DNA of 64,000 bases from Eledone cirrhosa. Its lineage: Eukaryota. Shown here piece after piece: positions 40,316 to 54,859 of this stretch (within the stretch, counting starts at the first letter, position 1; every line of letters begins with the position of its first letter). The notes under the pieces were generated by a model. The model saw only the letters and a list, made by a program, of their open reading frames with translations. It searched no databases and was not told where the DNA came from. The stretch covers positions 3,224,001 to 3,288,000 of the forward strand of contig OZ024750.1 in NCBI GenBank assembly GCA_964016885.1. Direction: 5' to 3'. The position numbers and the translations under genes are program-made.

Positions 40316-40650
40316 CACACACACACACACAAATACACACGCATCTACACACACACACACACACATACATACATCTACACACAAACATACATAAACACAC
40401 ACAAACACAAATACATCTACACACACATACATACATCTACACACACAGACACATACATAAACACACACAAACACAAATACATCTACACACACAAACACAT
40501 ACATCTACACACACAAACACATGCATCTACACACACAAACACATACATCTACACACACAAACACATACATCTACACACATACATACATCTACACACACAA
40601 ACACATACATAAACACAAATACATACATCTACACACACATACATAAACAG

Positions 40651-40687
<37 letters not shown>
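40316..40687. repeat. CA-rich compound microsatellite
   Basis: (ca)n with recurring catacatctacac. Confidence 0.9.
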
Positions 40688-40688
<1 letters not shown>

Positions 40689-42860
40689 TATCAGTGTTAA
40701 TATGAAAATTGATTTATGATATGAATTCTAAATGAAGGAACTGCTTTACAAAAATGGAAAACTATATTTTCACAATCAAAGAGATTCTACATTTTGAATA
40801 GCTGAGAATTGTTTTTCAATACCTGAGTTTACCACCTTATGAATAGTTTGTTGTTGTATTCTGTTGAAAATTCCACAGTTAAGCAATGTTGTTGACTTCC
40901 AAGTTGATAAAATCCTGGCTTTTATCAACAGGAATATTTAAAATACATACACTGTCATCTATTTTGTAAGCAAATGTTTCTATCGAACTCACAACCTCAC
41001 AATCATGAGGTTGTGAGTTCAATTCCTGGACCAGGCAATGCGTTATGTCCTTGAGCAAGACACTTTATTTCACGTTGCTCCTTCTACTTGGAGTTGCGAC
41101 CAATAGATAACATTAGCAATTAGAAAGACCAATGGAAACATTGTTTCCTCGGTCTGATTTGACGAAAGTCGATCGTTCTTTTTCATGTTTCTATCTGAAA
41201 ATGCATCTTAGCTCATACTTATATGTATTTTGTAAGCAAATGTTTCTATCTGAAAATGCATCTTAGCTCCTACTTATGCAGTGGTGAAATTTAAGCCAAC
41301 CATTAACTCTTAACATATAGTTTTAACAGAAGGAATTTATCATGGTGCGTACTGTCACATAAATAAACATAAACTTCTATTTTTACAAGCTTAATTTCAT
41401 CAGAAGCATTCTAGATAACACAAAGTCAATGCTGAAATCATTTTTTTTTTTTATCATCATTTCATTAGTTTATCTTATGAAAATTCCAAATTATTAATTT
41501 CGAGTGGTTATATGAGAAAGTATGTATACAATATCTAAACTTATTCAGTAGCTGTGATATCCGATAGTAAATCGACATACAATATTACAAATGAAGGAAT
41601 TAGATAGGTTTTTTTACTGGCAAAGCAATGAAAAAAAAAGAAGTATAAATTTGTTGCTTGTGAGATGAGATTTTTTTTAAACTATGAACGTACAAACTTG
41701 CATATTTGATGTATTGCTTATCTTAATCCAGTCATCACTCATAAATACATGTATTTCCAAGTAAAGAAAAGTTTCTTTCTTTCTTTGCATGTTGTTTTTT
41801 TAAAGCAATGCAATCACTCAGTTAATGTGTTTATGGATCAAAATAAAGTCTAGCAAAAACATTTCGTTTTTAATTTATATCAGAGATGTAAAATTGAAAC
41901 TGAGGAATTCAAGATAGTTAGCTGTGGGAATCTTTGATGTTGAAACCATTTTGTTCCGTTGGTAAAAATCTAATTATGAAAGAAATTTTCAACATGGAAG
42001 AAAGATGAGATTTGAATCTCATGACTTGAAAGTTAGAGTTGTAAAGTCTGAACAAAAATTCCACGTTTTTTTTTTTGTTTTTTTTTTATTTAGCAGACTA
42101 TAAAAAAAAAACTTTTGAAGAAAACTGTTATTTTAGATTAAAAACTATTAGTTACTATTCAGTATATTTGCATATATCCTGCTATATTAACATATTATCA
42201 AGAAGACAGATAAAAAAAATGCTGTGCTTTCATAGATAATTGAATGCATAAAATGTATACTTCAAAATCAGTTTTTATTTCAGTGAGAATAATCACAAAA
42301 AAAAAAAAGAATATTACACATTAATTGTTCAGATAAATAAAAATGAGAATTTTCAAGAGAAAAGTTGCAATTATTAAAAAGATCTGAGTATTTATGTCTG
42401 ATATATTTGTGAGTATATATATATATCTATTGTATATCTATAATATATATGTGTGTGTAATATATTTGTGAGTATATGTATATATTTATTGTATATGTAT
42501 ATAGATAATATATTGTGTGTATATATATAATATATTTGTGACTGTACATATAATATATTTGTGTGTATATGGATATAATATATTTGTGAGTATATACATA
42601 ATATACTTGCGTGTATAATATTAGAGTGTATAAATGACTACTCAATATAAGTTAATTTATTCATTTACTAAACACTGGAGTTTTTGTTGCTACTTCTAGC
42701 ATATCAATCTCATTCTGAGAGACTGCCAACTATTTGGAGCTGCTAGAGAACACATCATGACAAAATTAGACTGATGTTACCACAGGGGGTAATATATATG
42801 AGCCTGCAAAAAATTGACTATGTTCAGAGACTGGAGAAATTTTGATTGTTCTTGAATTAT

Positions 42861-43299
42861 ACTGTAAGGTGGTCATGTTGGTGACAACAAAAAGCACCCA
42901 GTCCACACTGTAAGGTGGTCATGTTGGTGACACAACAAAAAGCACCCAGTCCACACTGTAAGGTGGTCATGTTGGTGACAACAAAAAGCACCCAGTCCAC
43001 TCTGTAGAGTTGTCATGTTGGTGACACAAAAGCACCCAATCCACACTGTAAAGTGGTCTTGTTGGTGACAACAAGAAACACCCAATCCACACTTTTAAAG
43101 TGGTCATTTCAGTGCCATGATAAAAGGCACCTAGTCCTCACTATAACGTGGCTGGTGTTTGGAAGAACATCTAGCCAAAATACTGATCCGTATAAGTAAG
43201 ACATGGTCTCTGGACCTGACTTGTCTCATGTGACAACCTGCCAGACCCATGAAAGCTTGGAAAATGGACATTAAATGATGATGATGATGATGATGATGA
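42861..43299 (+). mobile_element. SINE family 3 with RTE-type (GAT)n tail and an internal 46-48-bp tandem array
   Basis: gcacccagtccacactgtaaggtgg repeats, then ...gacccatgaaagcttggaaaatggacattaaatgatgatgatg; many tail-only copies in the window. Confidence 0.7.
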
Positions 43300-43563
43300 C
43301 ACTGGTGGGCTTAAATTGTGTATCCTAGGAAATATTGTTTCTTATGTATTTCTACATGTTCAAACCAATATTTTCCTAATTTCTATGATGCCCATGGTTT
43401 TCTTCAATAATGGCTGATTACCAAAACTGATTAATTAGAAAAATAAAAGTTGATACCAATCGGTAAATTGGCCGATACAGATTATCTAACAATTAATCTC
43501 TAAAAAACCTAGAACAGCAGATTGTTGTCAATATCACCATGTGTCATATATCTCTCTCTCTCT

Positions 43564-43594
<31 letters not shown>

Positions 43595-43882
43595 ACAAAG
43601 GAATTGTGGTCAAGAACCAGATGGACCATAATGCACCAGAGTCCAGAAATAGCCGTCGAAACGGCTTGAGCTCTGCCGTCGGGGTCATACTTTTTCCTAT
43701 ATATATATATATATATACAGTAACTCTGCGTTACACTCTCTGGGTATATATATATATTTTATATGTAAGCAGGATGCAGACTCCTCAGCCTGTCTGAGAG
43801 GTCAGTAACCCCGCTTCAATACTGACTTGGTCTATGAAGACCCACCCAACTCTTACTAGCAAGGAAAGTGGACGTTAAATGA

Positions 43883-43933
<51 letters not shown>

Positions 43934-44509
43934 AAATATATCTTCCTCTCTCATGTTTGTGTACCATATTTTTCACTCAGTACATTCTATGCTATTCATT
44001 CCTCACCTACTTTGTTCAAGATTACCAAGATAACTTTTCAGAAGGCACCATGTTACTTAATTATCACTCTAACCACACTGACCTGTAGAACACACATCAT
44101 ATAAACTATTTAGTCTCACAGAAAGACCTGAACAACTATAGATATAGCCTAGAAGCTGTCAGCAACACTTTGCTTTCTAAGATAGACTAATTCTAAAATC
44201 TGTACTCACTTAACAAATTACTAATTTGTTATAAAACTATATTATCTCATGCAAACTAATTCCAACTAAATTTATAGCTGCATGCAATTTAAACTTATCT
44301 GCCTCATGTCCGCCTTTCTTTTCATTCTCAGTTTTTATCTAAGACGGAGTTAAACAGGAAAAAAGAAGTGATTTAAGGTAGAAAAAGCCTCGAGTCTGGA
44401 ATAGTAATTACTTTAGTTTAACTACAAATCTCTTTCATTTTAAATCATCCTTTTTACTCAGAGATTGAAGCCAACCTGATCACATCACTGGCACCCTTGA
44501 TAAAGACAT

Positions 44510-46129
44510 TTAACTCTTTAGCATTTAAACCAGCCATATCTGGCCAGAATTCTCTCACCTCTTTCTGTTCAAACCAGCTGTAACCGGTTGCTCATTCTGA
44601 TGTTAAGGTATTGTTCTCAAAATAAATGATATCAAAATCTCATAGATTCGATATTATGCGCGATTATTATGTGAGATTATTATATGAGATATTATGAGAT
44701 TATTATGCAAGATAGTATGTAAGATACGCAAAATTTTATGTAAGATATGTGAGATATGCAAGATATGTGAAATATTATGTAAGGTATGTGAAATATTATG
44801 TAAGGTATGTGAGATATTATATAAGATATGCAAGGTATTATGTAAGGTATGTGATATATGCAAGATATACGAGGTATTATGTGAGATATGTAAGATGTGT
44901 GAGGTATTATGTAAGATATGTGAGATATTATGTAAGATATGTGAGATATTATGTAAGATATGTGAGGTATTATGTAAGATATGTAAGGTGGGTGCTGTAT
45001 TATGTAAGAGAGTGTGAGGCATTATGCAAGATATTATGTAAGGTATTAGAGGTAGTATGTACAATATTAGAGGTATTATGTAAGGTATATGCGGTATTAT
45101 GTAAGATATTGTGTAAGATATGTGATGTATTATGTAAGATGCGTGCGGTGTTATGTAAGATATGCAAGGTATTATGTAAGATATTGTGTAAGATATGTGA
45201 GATATTATATGAGATAATATCTTATATAATATCTCAAAATACAATAGTATATATAGAGTAATGTAAATGTTATGTGAGATATTATGTGAGGTAAAGCCTT
45301 TACTGTGAAAATACAATAGTATATATAGAGTAATGTAAATGTTATGTGAGATATTATGTGAGGTAAAGCCTTTACTGTGAAAATACAATAGTATATATAG
45401 AGTAATGTAAATGTTATGTGAGATATTATGTGAGGTAAAGCCTTTACTGTGAAAATACAATAGTATATATAGAGTAATGTAAATGTTATGTGAGATATTA
45501 TGTGAGGTAAAGCCTTTACTGTGAAAATACAATAGTATATATAGAGTAATGTAAATGTTATGTGAGATATTATGTGAGGTAAAGCCTTTACTGTGAAAAT
45601 ACAATAGTATATATAGAGTAATGTAAATGCTATGTGAGATATTATGTGAGGTAAAGCCTTTACTGTGAAAATACAATAGTATATATAGAGTAATGTAAAT
45701 GTTATGTGAGATATTATGTGAGGTAAAGCCTTTACTGTGAAAATACAATAGTATATATAGAGTAATGTAAATGTTATGTGAGATATTATGTGAGGTAAAG
45801 ACTTTACTGTGAAAATACAATAGTATATATAGAGTGGTTTCTTTATTTGCCACTAGGGCACAAAAGGTAGGGACAGATACAAGGGTAGAGTAATGTAAAT
45901 GTTATGTGAGATATTATGTGAGGTAAAGCCTTTACTGTGAAAATACAATAGTATATATAGAGTAATGTAAATGTTATGTGAGATATTATGTGAGGTAAAG
46001 CCTTTACTGTGAAAATACAATAGTATACATAGAGTAATGTAAATGTTATGTGAGATATTATGTGAGGTAAAGCCTTTACTGTGAAAATACAATAGTATAT
46101 ATAGAGTAATGTAAATGCTAAAGGGTTAA
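44510..46129 (+). mobile_element. piggyBac-type MITE family A expanded to 1.6 kb by internal tandem arrays
   Basis: Both TIRs and TTAA intact; ~11-bp-unit array (44655-45230) and 72-bp-unit array (45236-46120). Confidence 0.88.
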
Positions 46130-46849
46130 ACATTTCCCTTGTTTGATCAACATTGTCTTTCATCTCAATATATTCACAGAAGACTTTTCTCACTATGTAA
46201 ACACTATCAGCTTCAGTTTGTAGGACAATCTACCAAATATTTATAGTATTAAGAAAGATTTGTTGAACAACAAACAAAAAAGTTTATCTTTAATTATAAG
46301 ATTTAAAAAAATTAAGGTGATTATCCATTGATATCTTTCTAAAATCAATTTATCATGTCACAAAAAAAAAAAGAAATTTTTTTGTAATTTCTAAGATTGA
46401 TCAGCAAAATCAGTTGAAGAAAAAAAATTAAAAATCTGTTTTCAGTTAATACAAATTTATTTTACTTTATCAGATTTATTGTTGAGGTTAAAATAATTAA
46501 TCAATAAAATAAAGCTGATCAATCTGAAAATAAACATTTTATTTTCATTAAATAATTTGAATACAAACAATTTTAACAGCTCGCAATGATAAGGACAAAT
46601 CTTTGAATTCCAGAACAAGAAACTTTTGGTAATCAAACTCCATAGACTCCAAGTCACATCTCTTGAAAAATGACAGATATTTTCAGCAAATCATCAGAAA
46701 TAATGAAGGAGTAATGCTAGAGCTGTGAAATCTTACATGCATCAATTTCAACTCTGCATTGTTTCTTTCCAGGGCTTAGTTGAAAAATAAATCTCATTTG
46801 GTCATTCCATGAGAGTATCTTGATTAGCCTATGAACTTTTCAGCCAACC

Positions 46850-46892
<43 letters not shown>

Positions 46893-48112
46893 CCACACTT
46901 GAAAAATTATGAGGTTATAAATTCTAGAAAGAATACAAGATCATAAAATTGAAGCTAAGTGAACATCACTAGAAACTGTCAGTGAAATTGTTTTTATATT
47001 TGTAGATGTCATAAATTAATCATTTGTATACAGGAAAGAAGGTGATAAATTGACAGAGTAGTTAGAATATCAGATAGAATGCTTTAAGGTATTCATTCTG
47101 GCTCTCTGAGTTCAAATCCCACTGAAGTCTGCCTTTCATCCTTTCGAGGTCGATAAAAAAAAAAAAAAATCTCTTTCCTTACTATTAATAATATAAAGCA
47201 TTTTGACTATATACGATAGACGAGGCCCTCATTCACTACATGCTCAGTGTATTTATTACACAAACCTATAAACAGAGACACACACAGACACATACACACT
47301 GACACAGAGACACAGACACACACAGACACATATACACTGACAGACGTTTTGTGTGAAGTTAAACCTTCAATTCCTCCACTACTCTTGGTTTCCTGTTTCA
47401 TGTATATTCAAGGTGACTAGAAAAACATGAAAGACTAGAGACATTGCAAAGTTTTTCTATTCACTGAATTTATGTGTCTGCCATTTCTTACTTTGTAAAC
47501 TTCCTTTTGGCAATGATGTGAAAATTATAAGATTTTAGCTGACTGTTTAGAGATAGATCAGTTTAAATTGTAATTTCATCTCGAAAGAGTCAGAGAAAAA
47601 CATTGCAGAAACCATCATCTTTGTCATTTTATACCCACTTTCAATGTTGACATGGGCTGGATGAGTCATCATGGTCCAAATCAGTTGTTATTCGGAGTTA
47701 CTACCTTCCAAGATGAGTTGAGGAACATGTCATGTTTTTACATTCTAAATGTTAGAGAGATCTCAATGTATGGATGTCCTTATTAACCCCATCCACTTTA
47801 TAAAACATGCTGGGTGTGTTTTATCATTGCACCTATACAACAGAGGTTGTCATATCCATAGAAAGACTGAATCCTAGATGAGTTGAGGAACATGTCATGT
47901 TTTTACATTCTAAAGAATGATCTCAATGTTTGTATGTCCCTCTCCAAACACTGGGTGTGTTTTACCATTGCACCTACACTAGAGAGGTTGTCATATCCAT
48001 AATATGACTAAACAGTCCTGTCTACTCTACTGTATATTTTCTAAATAATCCATCACATCTCTCCCTTTTGACCAATACTGTTATCAATGATATACCAAAG
48101 ATTAATACATAC

Positions 48113-48174
48113 CTTTGAAAGCTGTGAATTAATCCATTTAGTAAAGGTTTTCTTCTGAATATCCTCTCTTTCAT
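48113..48174 (-). CDS. DMD: Dystrophin/utrophin-family coding exon (human DMD exon 2 equivalent), start of CH1
   Basis: cttttatag|ATGAAAGAGAG...TCAAAG|gtatgt; 62 nt; encodes xEREDIQKKTFTKWINSQLSK with the ABS1 motif KTFTKW; same length and phases as human exon 2. Confidence 0.97.
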
Positions 48175-50522
48175 CTATAAAAGAAAATATACGTCAATGA
48201 AGATTTAGGAAAGTAATGTTAGAAGTTGTACACAAATAAAGTATAGCAAAAATAATAAAAATGATATTTCCAAGATTTTATTAGTAAATTATCAATAAAA
48301 AAAAAATGAATTAATTTTTGATGACATTGAAGCACAGTTTCTTCAATAGAACTATAAAAATAAAAATAAAATACACAACCAACGAAATCGAAAATATCAG
48401 CAATATCGTTTTTAGTTCAGTACAGCAGAAAAGATGTGATCAATTTTTATGAAAACACACACACACAGACTTTGCCTCTACATATTTTAATATATTATTG
48501 ATATCTTTAAGTCAAATACTTAGAAAATTCCATACTGTCAATAGTTTAAACTAATGAAAACTATTACTCTGTGGATATTCTAAAAACAGTTTATTTTTAA
48601 AACTTCAAAAGTATTTTAAAGACAAACAACATATCTTTCAAAATGCTAACATCTAGTCAAGTTGTACTAAATTTTTCACTGGTCTTTTGCTCATAACTAA
48701 CACCAGCAATAAATCTGTGTATTATTAAAACCAAATCAATATGTTATATGGACAAAATATTTTTGGACAACTTCGAATCAAATTTCTAGATAGGCAAGGC
48801 TTTAGTTCAATTAGTAATTAAAGACAAGATGAAGACATACAGAGACACAAGAACCAAACTAATAAGACAAACCAGACACACACAGAACAACCAACTAGTC
48901 ACAAATAAACATAAATAAATAAAAACACACACATACACGAATAGATAGAGTGAACATTCCCTATAGAAAAAAAAATGTAAATACTTTAAAATAAAGCATA
49001 AGAACTTCTGTAAATAATGGTTTCCTATATAGGCACAAAGCCAGCAATTTTGGGGGAGGGAAAGTCGATTAAATCGACCCCAGTGCATGACTGGTACTTT
49101 ATTTTATCCACCCAGAAGGATGAAAGGCAAAGTTAACCTCGGCAGGATTTGAACTCAGACCATAAAGGGCCGTAACTATGCTAGAAAGCATCTACCAATA
49201 CTGCCAATCCACTTCCGTAAATAATGAAAACAACAATAGGAGGCTCATTCATATTAATACAACTAGCAAATATTTTAATCTAATCTCTTAATACTTTAAA
49301 CATGATTACTTTCAAGTTAAAAGTAAATAAAAACTTGACAATGTAATATCTGTGCATTCTTTAACACAAAAAATTTTAAGAAACCAGCAATATAACATTT
49401 AAAATGAATGAATGAATTCTAAAGAAGAAAAAAAATGTTTCTAAAGAATAAGTGTTGTAGAATGTTAGACGAAATGAAATTACTGTTCCATTGATGGGAT
49501 GGATACAGAGAGCCCCAGTCCAAAATTACAGCTGACAAATTTTATGCAACCTAATAATAGAATAATAACCAACTGCTGGATAATTATGTATGAATCATAC
49601 AGTGATAATGCTCTGTTACTGATGTTTAAGCAGAAAGAAATTCTAAAAATGGATAATTCTGTCCTATTTTCTGGAATTTTGGAGATGACTGCAGGAAAAT
49701 ACAAGAGATTAAAGAAATAGTGAAACATTCCATAGTTATCGTACGGGGGGGGAATAATGTAAAAACGTTCTTAAGAATGTTATAATGAAAAGATTTTATA
49801 ACATAAGTGGACAGATCCCCGTCTTAGTCAGAAAAAAACAAAACAAAACAAGAAGACAAAACCAAATGTTGTAGTGTTTTTCTTAAACTCTAAATTAGAG
49901 AATGCTGGTCTTCAGGGGTGTATAACAATGGTTGTGTGTTTAAGAAGTTCTCTTTACAACTATATGATTCTGGGTTCAATTACACTGAATTGCACCATAG
50001 GCAAATGACTTATCATAGTCTCAGGTTGACCAATGTCTTATCAGTTGAATTTAGTGGGCAGAACACCTTTTTATCTGTATGTGTTTCTTTCAGCAATACA
50101 AGCTTTGTCCCAAAAGTAAGAGTACTAATTTTCCTATGTATAACATGGTAATGCAGCACCTCGATGTATATAGATGTGTTGGTTATGACCTTGGCAGCAT
50201 GTACATACTTGTTTCAACTTGATCAATTGAGTCAGTCACGAGTTATTGCTGTTTATGTACAGACATGTTTATAAACTCTGTTGCATTTGTGATGCAGGAA
50301 AATATCAAACAATGGTACGCGATCAAGTTTTGTGTGGAAATCAACAATATTCACTGGAACTATAATATTCCTTAGGATCCAAGTTTGTAGAACTCTGGAG
50401 ATTATAGTTTCAGTATTTATTTCTTCTTTAACCTTCTTTATACTAATCCGACCAGACCCAGTTCTGTCAACAAAACCACTCATTCTAAAGATAGATACCA
50501 TCATCACCATCATCATCATAAT

Positions 50523-50751
50523 TTCACCCTTTAGCATTTAAACCAGCTGTATCCAGTCAAAATTCTCTCATCTCTTTCTGTTCAAACTGGCTGTAAGTGG
50601 CCATTCATACTAATGTTAAGGTATTGTTCTCAAAATAAATAATATCAAAATCTCATAGATTCGATATTATGTGAGATAATTATCTAAGATAAAGCCTTTA
50701 CCACAAAAATACAATAGTATATATAGAGTAATGTAAATGCTAAAGGGTTAA
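50523..50751 (+). mobile_element. piggyBac-type MITE family A inserted in a SINE tail
   Basis: Family TIRs; flanked by (cat)n on the left and ttaaagtccattttacacacttgcatgggttagacag on the right. Confidence 0.85.
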
Positions 50752-51931
50752 AGTCCATTTTACACACTTGCATGGGTTAGACAGATAAATCAGATCCAGA
50801 GACTGCGTCTTGTTAAGAATCTGTATATTTTAGCTTGGTTTCTACAGCTGTATGCCCTTCCTCATACCAACCACATTTACAGTGTGTATTGGCTGCTTTC
50901 TTTTACCATGGATCATTGTTTAGAATTACCATCCCATAAAAATCTTCTGTGGAAATTCCAAAGTGGCATCTGTGCAATTATAACGTAACTGTATAACGTA
51001 AAAGAAAAGAAAGAACTTTAACCAGTTGACTATGAAGGAGGGTAGAGAAGTAATCAAAGTAATTAATACTATCTACTAATTAACAACTATGTTATGAGAA
51101 ATAGTAGAGAATCATTAAACATATTTGTTTGACAGGCTGACTTCACATATGATACAGTTGCATACCTGGATGGTGAAATTATTTACGAAGATTGCTTACA
51201 TCAATGATTTCGTTCAACTGATATTATCAAGTATGCTGAGGGTGGCAAAGAGTTTGTATGTAAATGTCAAATATCTTGGATCTATTGTAGTAAAGAAATA
51301 TCTCAGGGAGTCTCTCTTCACTTTTTATTACTGCTATAATTCTATTATCAATTATCTACATAACATGCTGGAATTAATTATAAGCTCAGAAAAGACAGCT
51401 CTGACTTCATCTTCCCATTTTTTTAAACATATTTTTTCATTATCAAAGTCCAGATGAAAAACGAATCCACTTACTCAAATTATATCTGAAGATATAAAAT
51501 ATGCCATTTGTCATTCCAGACAATGCATATCTGATGATTAAGGACCAAATATACAAACAGTCATGGAATAAAACAGCGAGGCTCATAAATATTTAAGGCA
51601 CATGAAATGAGACAATTAGAAAGGGGTAAAAAATAGAAGTAGAAGATATTAAAAGACTTGCCACTTCTAGCAAGACTATAAACATAATGACTTCCAGAAG
51701 TTTGTGAAGAAAGAATAGTTGATTTAATTTACCAGTACTTGACTGGTACTCTCTTAACCCCAGTTAACCTAGGCAATGTTCAATACTCTACCAATTCTGC
51801 TCATGTAGCTCTTGCAGTAGATCTTCAATAATTCTATTATCAACTCTTAATATCCTGTACCGCATTGAACCACATTAGCAAGAGATTCTTGAAAAGTACA
51901 AAACAGTACTATGACTGTATAGTATTAAAAC

Positions 51932-52145
51932 TTAACCCTTTAACATTTAAACCGGCCATATCTGACCAGAATTCTCTAACCTCTTTCTGTTCAAACTGGC
52001 CACTCATACTGACATTAAGGTATTGTTCTCAAAATAAATAATAACACCATCAAAATTTCATAGATCCCATATTATGTGAAATAATTATGTGATATAAAGC
52101 CTTTACCATGAAAATATAATAGTAATGTAATTGCTAAAGGGTTAA
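51932..52145 (+). mobile_element. piggyBac-type MITE family A
   Basis: TTAA-CCCTTTAACATTTA...GCTAAAGGG-TTAA. Confidence 0.85.
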
Positions 52146-52931
52146 AGTCTCTATAACATAACTATGACTGTATCATGTTAAAACTTAAAGTCTCTAAAAT
52201 AAACCTCATGTGGTCATTCCATGAGAGTATCTTGGTCAGCCTATGAACTTTTCAGCTGGCCCTCGTATATTGTAGTGATGCTAGAGCTGTGAAATCTTGC
52301 ATGCATTAATTTCAACCCTTTTTATTAATAACTGCATTGTTCCTTTCCAGGGACTATGTTGAAAAATAAACCTCATTTGGTCATTCCATGAGAGTTCCTT
52401 GGTCAGCTTATGAACCTCTCAGCCAACCTTCATATTTGATGTTCAAGAGAATGTTATATATAAAATATTAAATTATATTATTACTCAGGAGTCTATTAAC
52501 CGATTTGATGCTACATTTTTCAAACTGTCTAACAGCTAATTGCCAAATATAGAAAAGGAATGGCTTAGATTTTGTATTATTTTGTTTTTTAAGTGCTGAA
52601 ATTTCTCCATTCCCAAAGGCAGAATGTTGTTTTAATGTCCATTGTTAAAACATAAATCAAAGACCTTATGATAAAATAATCCCAAGTTATCAGACGTGAG
52701 AAATCCCTCCCTCCAAAGTCTCCAATGTAGTTCACATAATTGAAAATTCCATAACAATGTCTATATAAGCCAAACGGTTTAAGTTTCAATCTAACAATCC
52801 ACTTAAAGAATGGAGCCATAAAAGCTCACTTCAAACAATCCTAAAAGGCTAATACCATCATTCAATCTCCAATACAACAGGAATAATTCTTCATCACATA
52901 CATACAATACAAACATGTATAAAATAATATC

Positions 52932-53335
52932 ATGCATGCATGCACATACATTCATACATACATGCACATACATACATACATGCATGCACATACATTCATA
53001 CATACATGCACATACATACATACATACATACATACATGCACATATACATACATACATGCATGCACATACATGCAGATATACATACATGCACATATATATG
53101 CATGTATGTATATCTGCATGCACATACATGCAGATATACATACATGCACATATATATGCATGCACATACATGCAGATATACATACATGCAGATATACATA
53201 CATGCATGCACATATACATACATGCACATATACACACATGTACATACATGCAGATATACATACAGGAATGCATACATACATACATACACACATACATACA
53301 TAAAACCAGAAGAACACACACACACACACATACGC
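52932..53335. repeat. (CATA/CATG)n compound microsatellite
   Basis: catacatgca repeats; source of the spurious His/Cys-rich ORFs. Confidence 0.92.
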
Positions 53336-53798
53336 ATAAATAAATGGATCTCTCTGAGTTCCAATAACATGTATTTAGTTTGTTTGAACAACTGAATAGC
53401 TGCTAATTGAATTAGTTTATAAGTGGCTGAGTATTCCACAGATATGTGTACCTTTTCAGTAATCCTCTCATAGAGAATCATTGTGAAATAGTAAAGAGGA
53501 CATCGTCCAATTGGTTTCAACACAGAATCTGTCAATTTCACTGACAAGACTGAGGTCAATCTAAGGTTTTAGAACTTTGCAGCAAAGTTATCTTCTTAAC
53601 CATTTCTCTGTTACATTCACACACTCATATATATATATATATACACACATACATATATATAAACATACGCATACACGTATATATATATATATATATATAT
53701 AAACATACACACACATACATATGCATATATATATACACACAAATATATATCACCTTAAATATATATATATATATATATATATACATACATACACATAT

Positions 53799-53844
<46 letters not shown>

Positions 53845-54859
53845 TCACAGAAATTCTAAAGAAATCTATCTTTAGCCAAGAGACATCATCTTCAAGCTTT
53901 CCCCGATTCAGTGAGAAGTCATAGAGCTGATCTCTGGCCATATTGTCAAGTAGATATCTCACCCAAATGTATTAAAGTTGCAATGGAAGCCATCTTTAAA
54001 AGCTTCATTCAGATGAGAAAGCTACAAATGGGGGCAATTTTTAACTCTTTCATTGCCATATTTCTAAGGAAATACTCACCCCATGACATTCAATTTATTT
54101 TGAAAGTAATCAAGAATTTGCAAGGATTCAGTAGTACAGAAACCTTTTTTTAATTAATTATTAAGGTGGCATTTGGAATAAAGTTTCCTATATCAAATTA
54201 TGATGGAAGGTTTTCAAATAAATATTATCCCTTTAAAATTAACAGCTTAATGTGGTTGTAGAACTAGGGGTAGTTTGGAGTGGTTTGGTATCAAAAGGGT
54301 TATCATATAAGCACAAAACATGGTAAAGTGTGAAGTCGGCTGATATTTAAGGTCAATATTTTGTTGATTTTCACTAACTTGTAAATTATCCGTAAATGAG
54401 GTGCTAAAATATTTTTGTTTTGAAGGTGAATATTACACCTGTTTCACTTGTGATGTGAAATTCATTTTTCTTATTGTTTTTTATGTGTTTTGAATCAATA
54501 TGACTTTCAAAATGGTCAGATATTTGGTAAAAAAAATCATTACATAATCCAGTTGTGAAACAAAAACTATTCTCTAAACAACACTTAAAACATTTTAAAT
54601 ATCAAAGTATCAAAACTTCATAAATATATTCTCCATCATCATAAGTTTTACATCCGCTTAAATTCTCCACTCATGAGAATTTCAAAACTGCACTATCTAA
54701 ACATAATCAAAATAGTCTTTTTCTCAAATGATACTCATGAACTGGAACAATGGAACAAAAGTTAAAGAAACTGAACTGTGAAAGTAACAAGATGGGAATA
54801 TAAATATAATGGCAATACCATATCATATTAAACAGTAACACAACCTGTAATGTCATTAA

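Noticed and set aside
44654-45853. 399-aa ORF (also 63106-63749)
   Set aside because: Translation of MITE-internal 72-bp and 11-bp arrays; no transposase motifs
52803-53559. His/Cys/Val-rich ORFs here and at 2601-2899, 27291-27649, 40205-40719, 57863-58269
   Set aside because: Microsatellite translations
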